The notes under the pieces: generated by a model | Told to the model about the DNA's origin: nothing | Database searches by the model: none | What the model saw: the letters and a program-made list of their open reading frames with translations, nothing else | Source: Enoplolaimus lenunculus | Lineage: Eukaryota | Assembly (NCBI GenBank): GCA_030248215.1 | Contig: JASANG010003752.1 | Span: 372,001-436,000 of the forward strand | Length of the DNA stretch: 64,000 bases | Direction of reading: 5' to 3' | In this document: positions 63,640 through 64,000 of the stretch, in pieces | Position numbering within the stretch: the first letter of the stretch is position 1 | Layout: each line of letters begins with the position of its first letter | Translations under genes and position numbers: made by a program

Positions 63640-64000
63640 TAAGTTTAGTTTGTATGAACGGATACTATTGAAAATATATCCAATTTTGGTATTCGAAAAA
63701 ATTTTAAGATATTAAAAATGTCAATCAAAGTATTAAAAATATTTTTGTTTCGTGTTGTCTTAAAATAACTTATCTCATTTCCGAGAAGATGCAGGGGTTT
63801 TACATGGTTCACAAGCAGGGTCTAAATATTTAGGGGAGCTAAAAGTTTTCGATGAGGGCTGAGCCGTCACATACATCATAGGCCCGATTCGGGTGCGGGC
63901 CTTTTTGCATAAAATGAATGTTTGTCGTCGAGTTGAAACACTCACTACGATCATTTGACGAACAAAACGAAATATTCCGACCATTTTGTGTTTAAACTCT

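Overview
AT-rich eukaryotic DNA, most likely a nematode (dispersed TTAGGC telomere-type repeats, a GAR-1/GAR-2-type muscarinic receptor, GT-AG introns). Three host genes can be reconstructed by hand: (1) a B-type muscarinic acetylcholine receptor on + (22136-27423; 2 exons, ~1381 aa, third intracellular loop ~1070 aa); (2) a stand-alone WRN-type 3'-5' exonuclease on - (28026-31507; 5 exons, no helicase); (3) a Shroom-family ASD2 protein on - (36097-41385, with a probable 5' exon at ~60.2 kb). The most unusual object is a young full-length Ty3/Gypsy LTR retrotransposon on - (12078-17539; 364-bp LTRs differing at one base, CTAT TSD). Its integrase ends in a PHWP-type PWWP domain resembling HDGF/LEDGF, where chromoviruses carry a chromodomain. 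It has a 2A/StopGo-like motif (LLLIGGVEPNPGP) in a leader ORF upstream of gag, and a GGGAAAC slippery site plus hairpin for -1 gag-pol frameshifting. The rest of the window is dense with MITEs: at least 18 copies of two GGCC-ended, 8-bp-TSD families carrying degenerate TTAGGC arrays, plus hAT-, Tc1/mariner-, CACTA-, Harbinger-, Kolobok- and piggyBac-like elements. There is also a 72-bp satellite with higher-order structure. All protein family calls come from motif recognition by eye; no searches were run.
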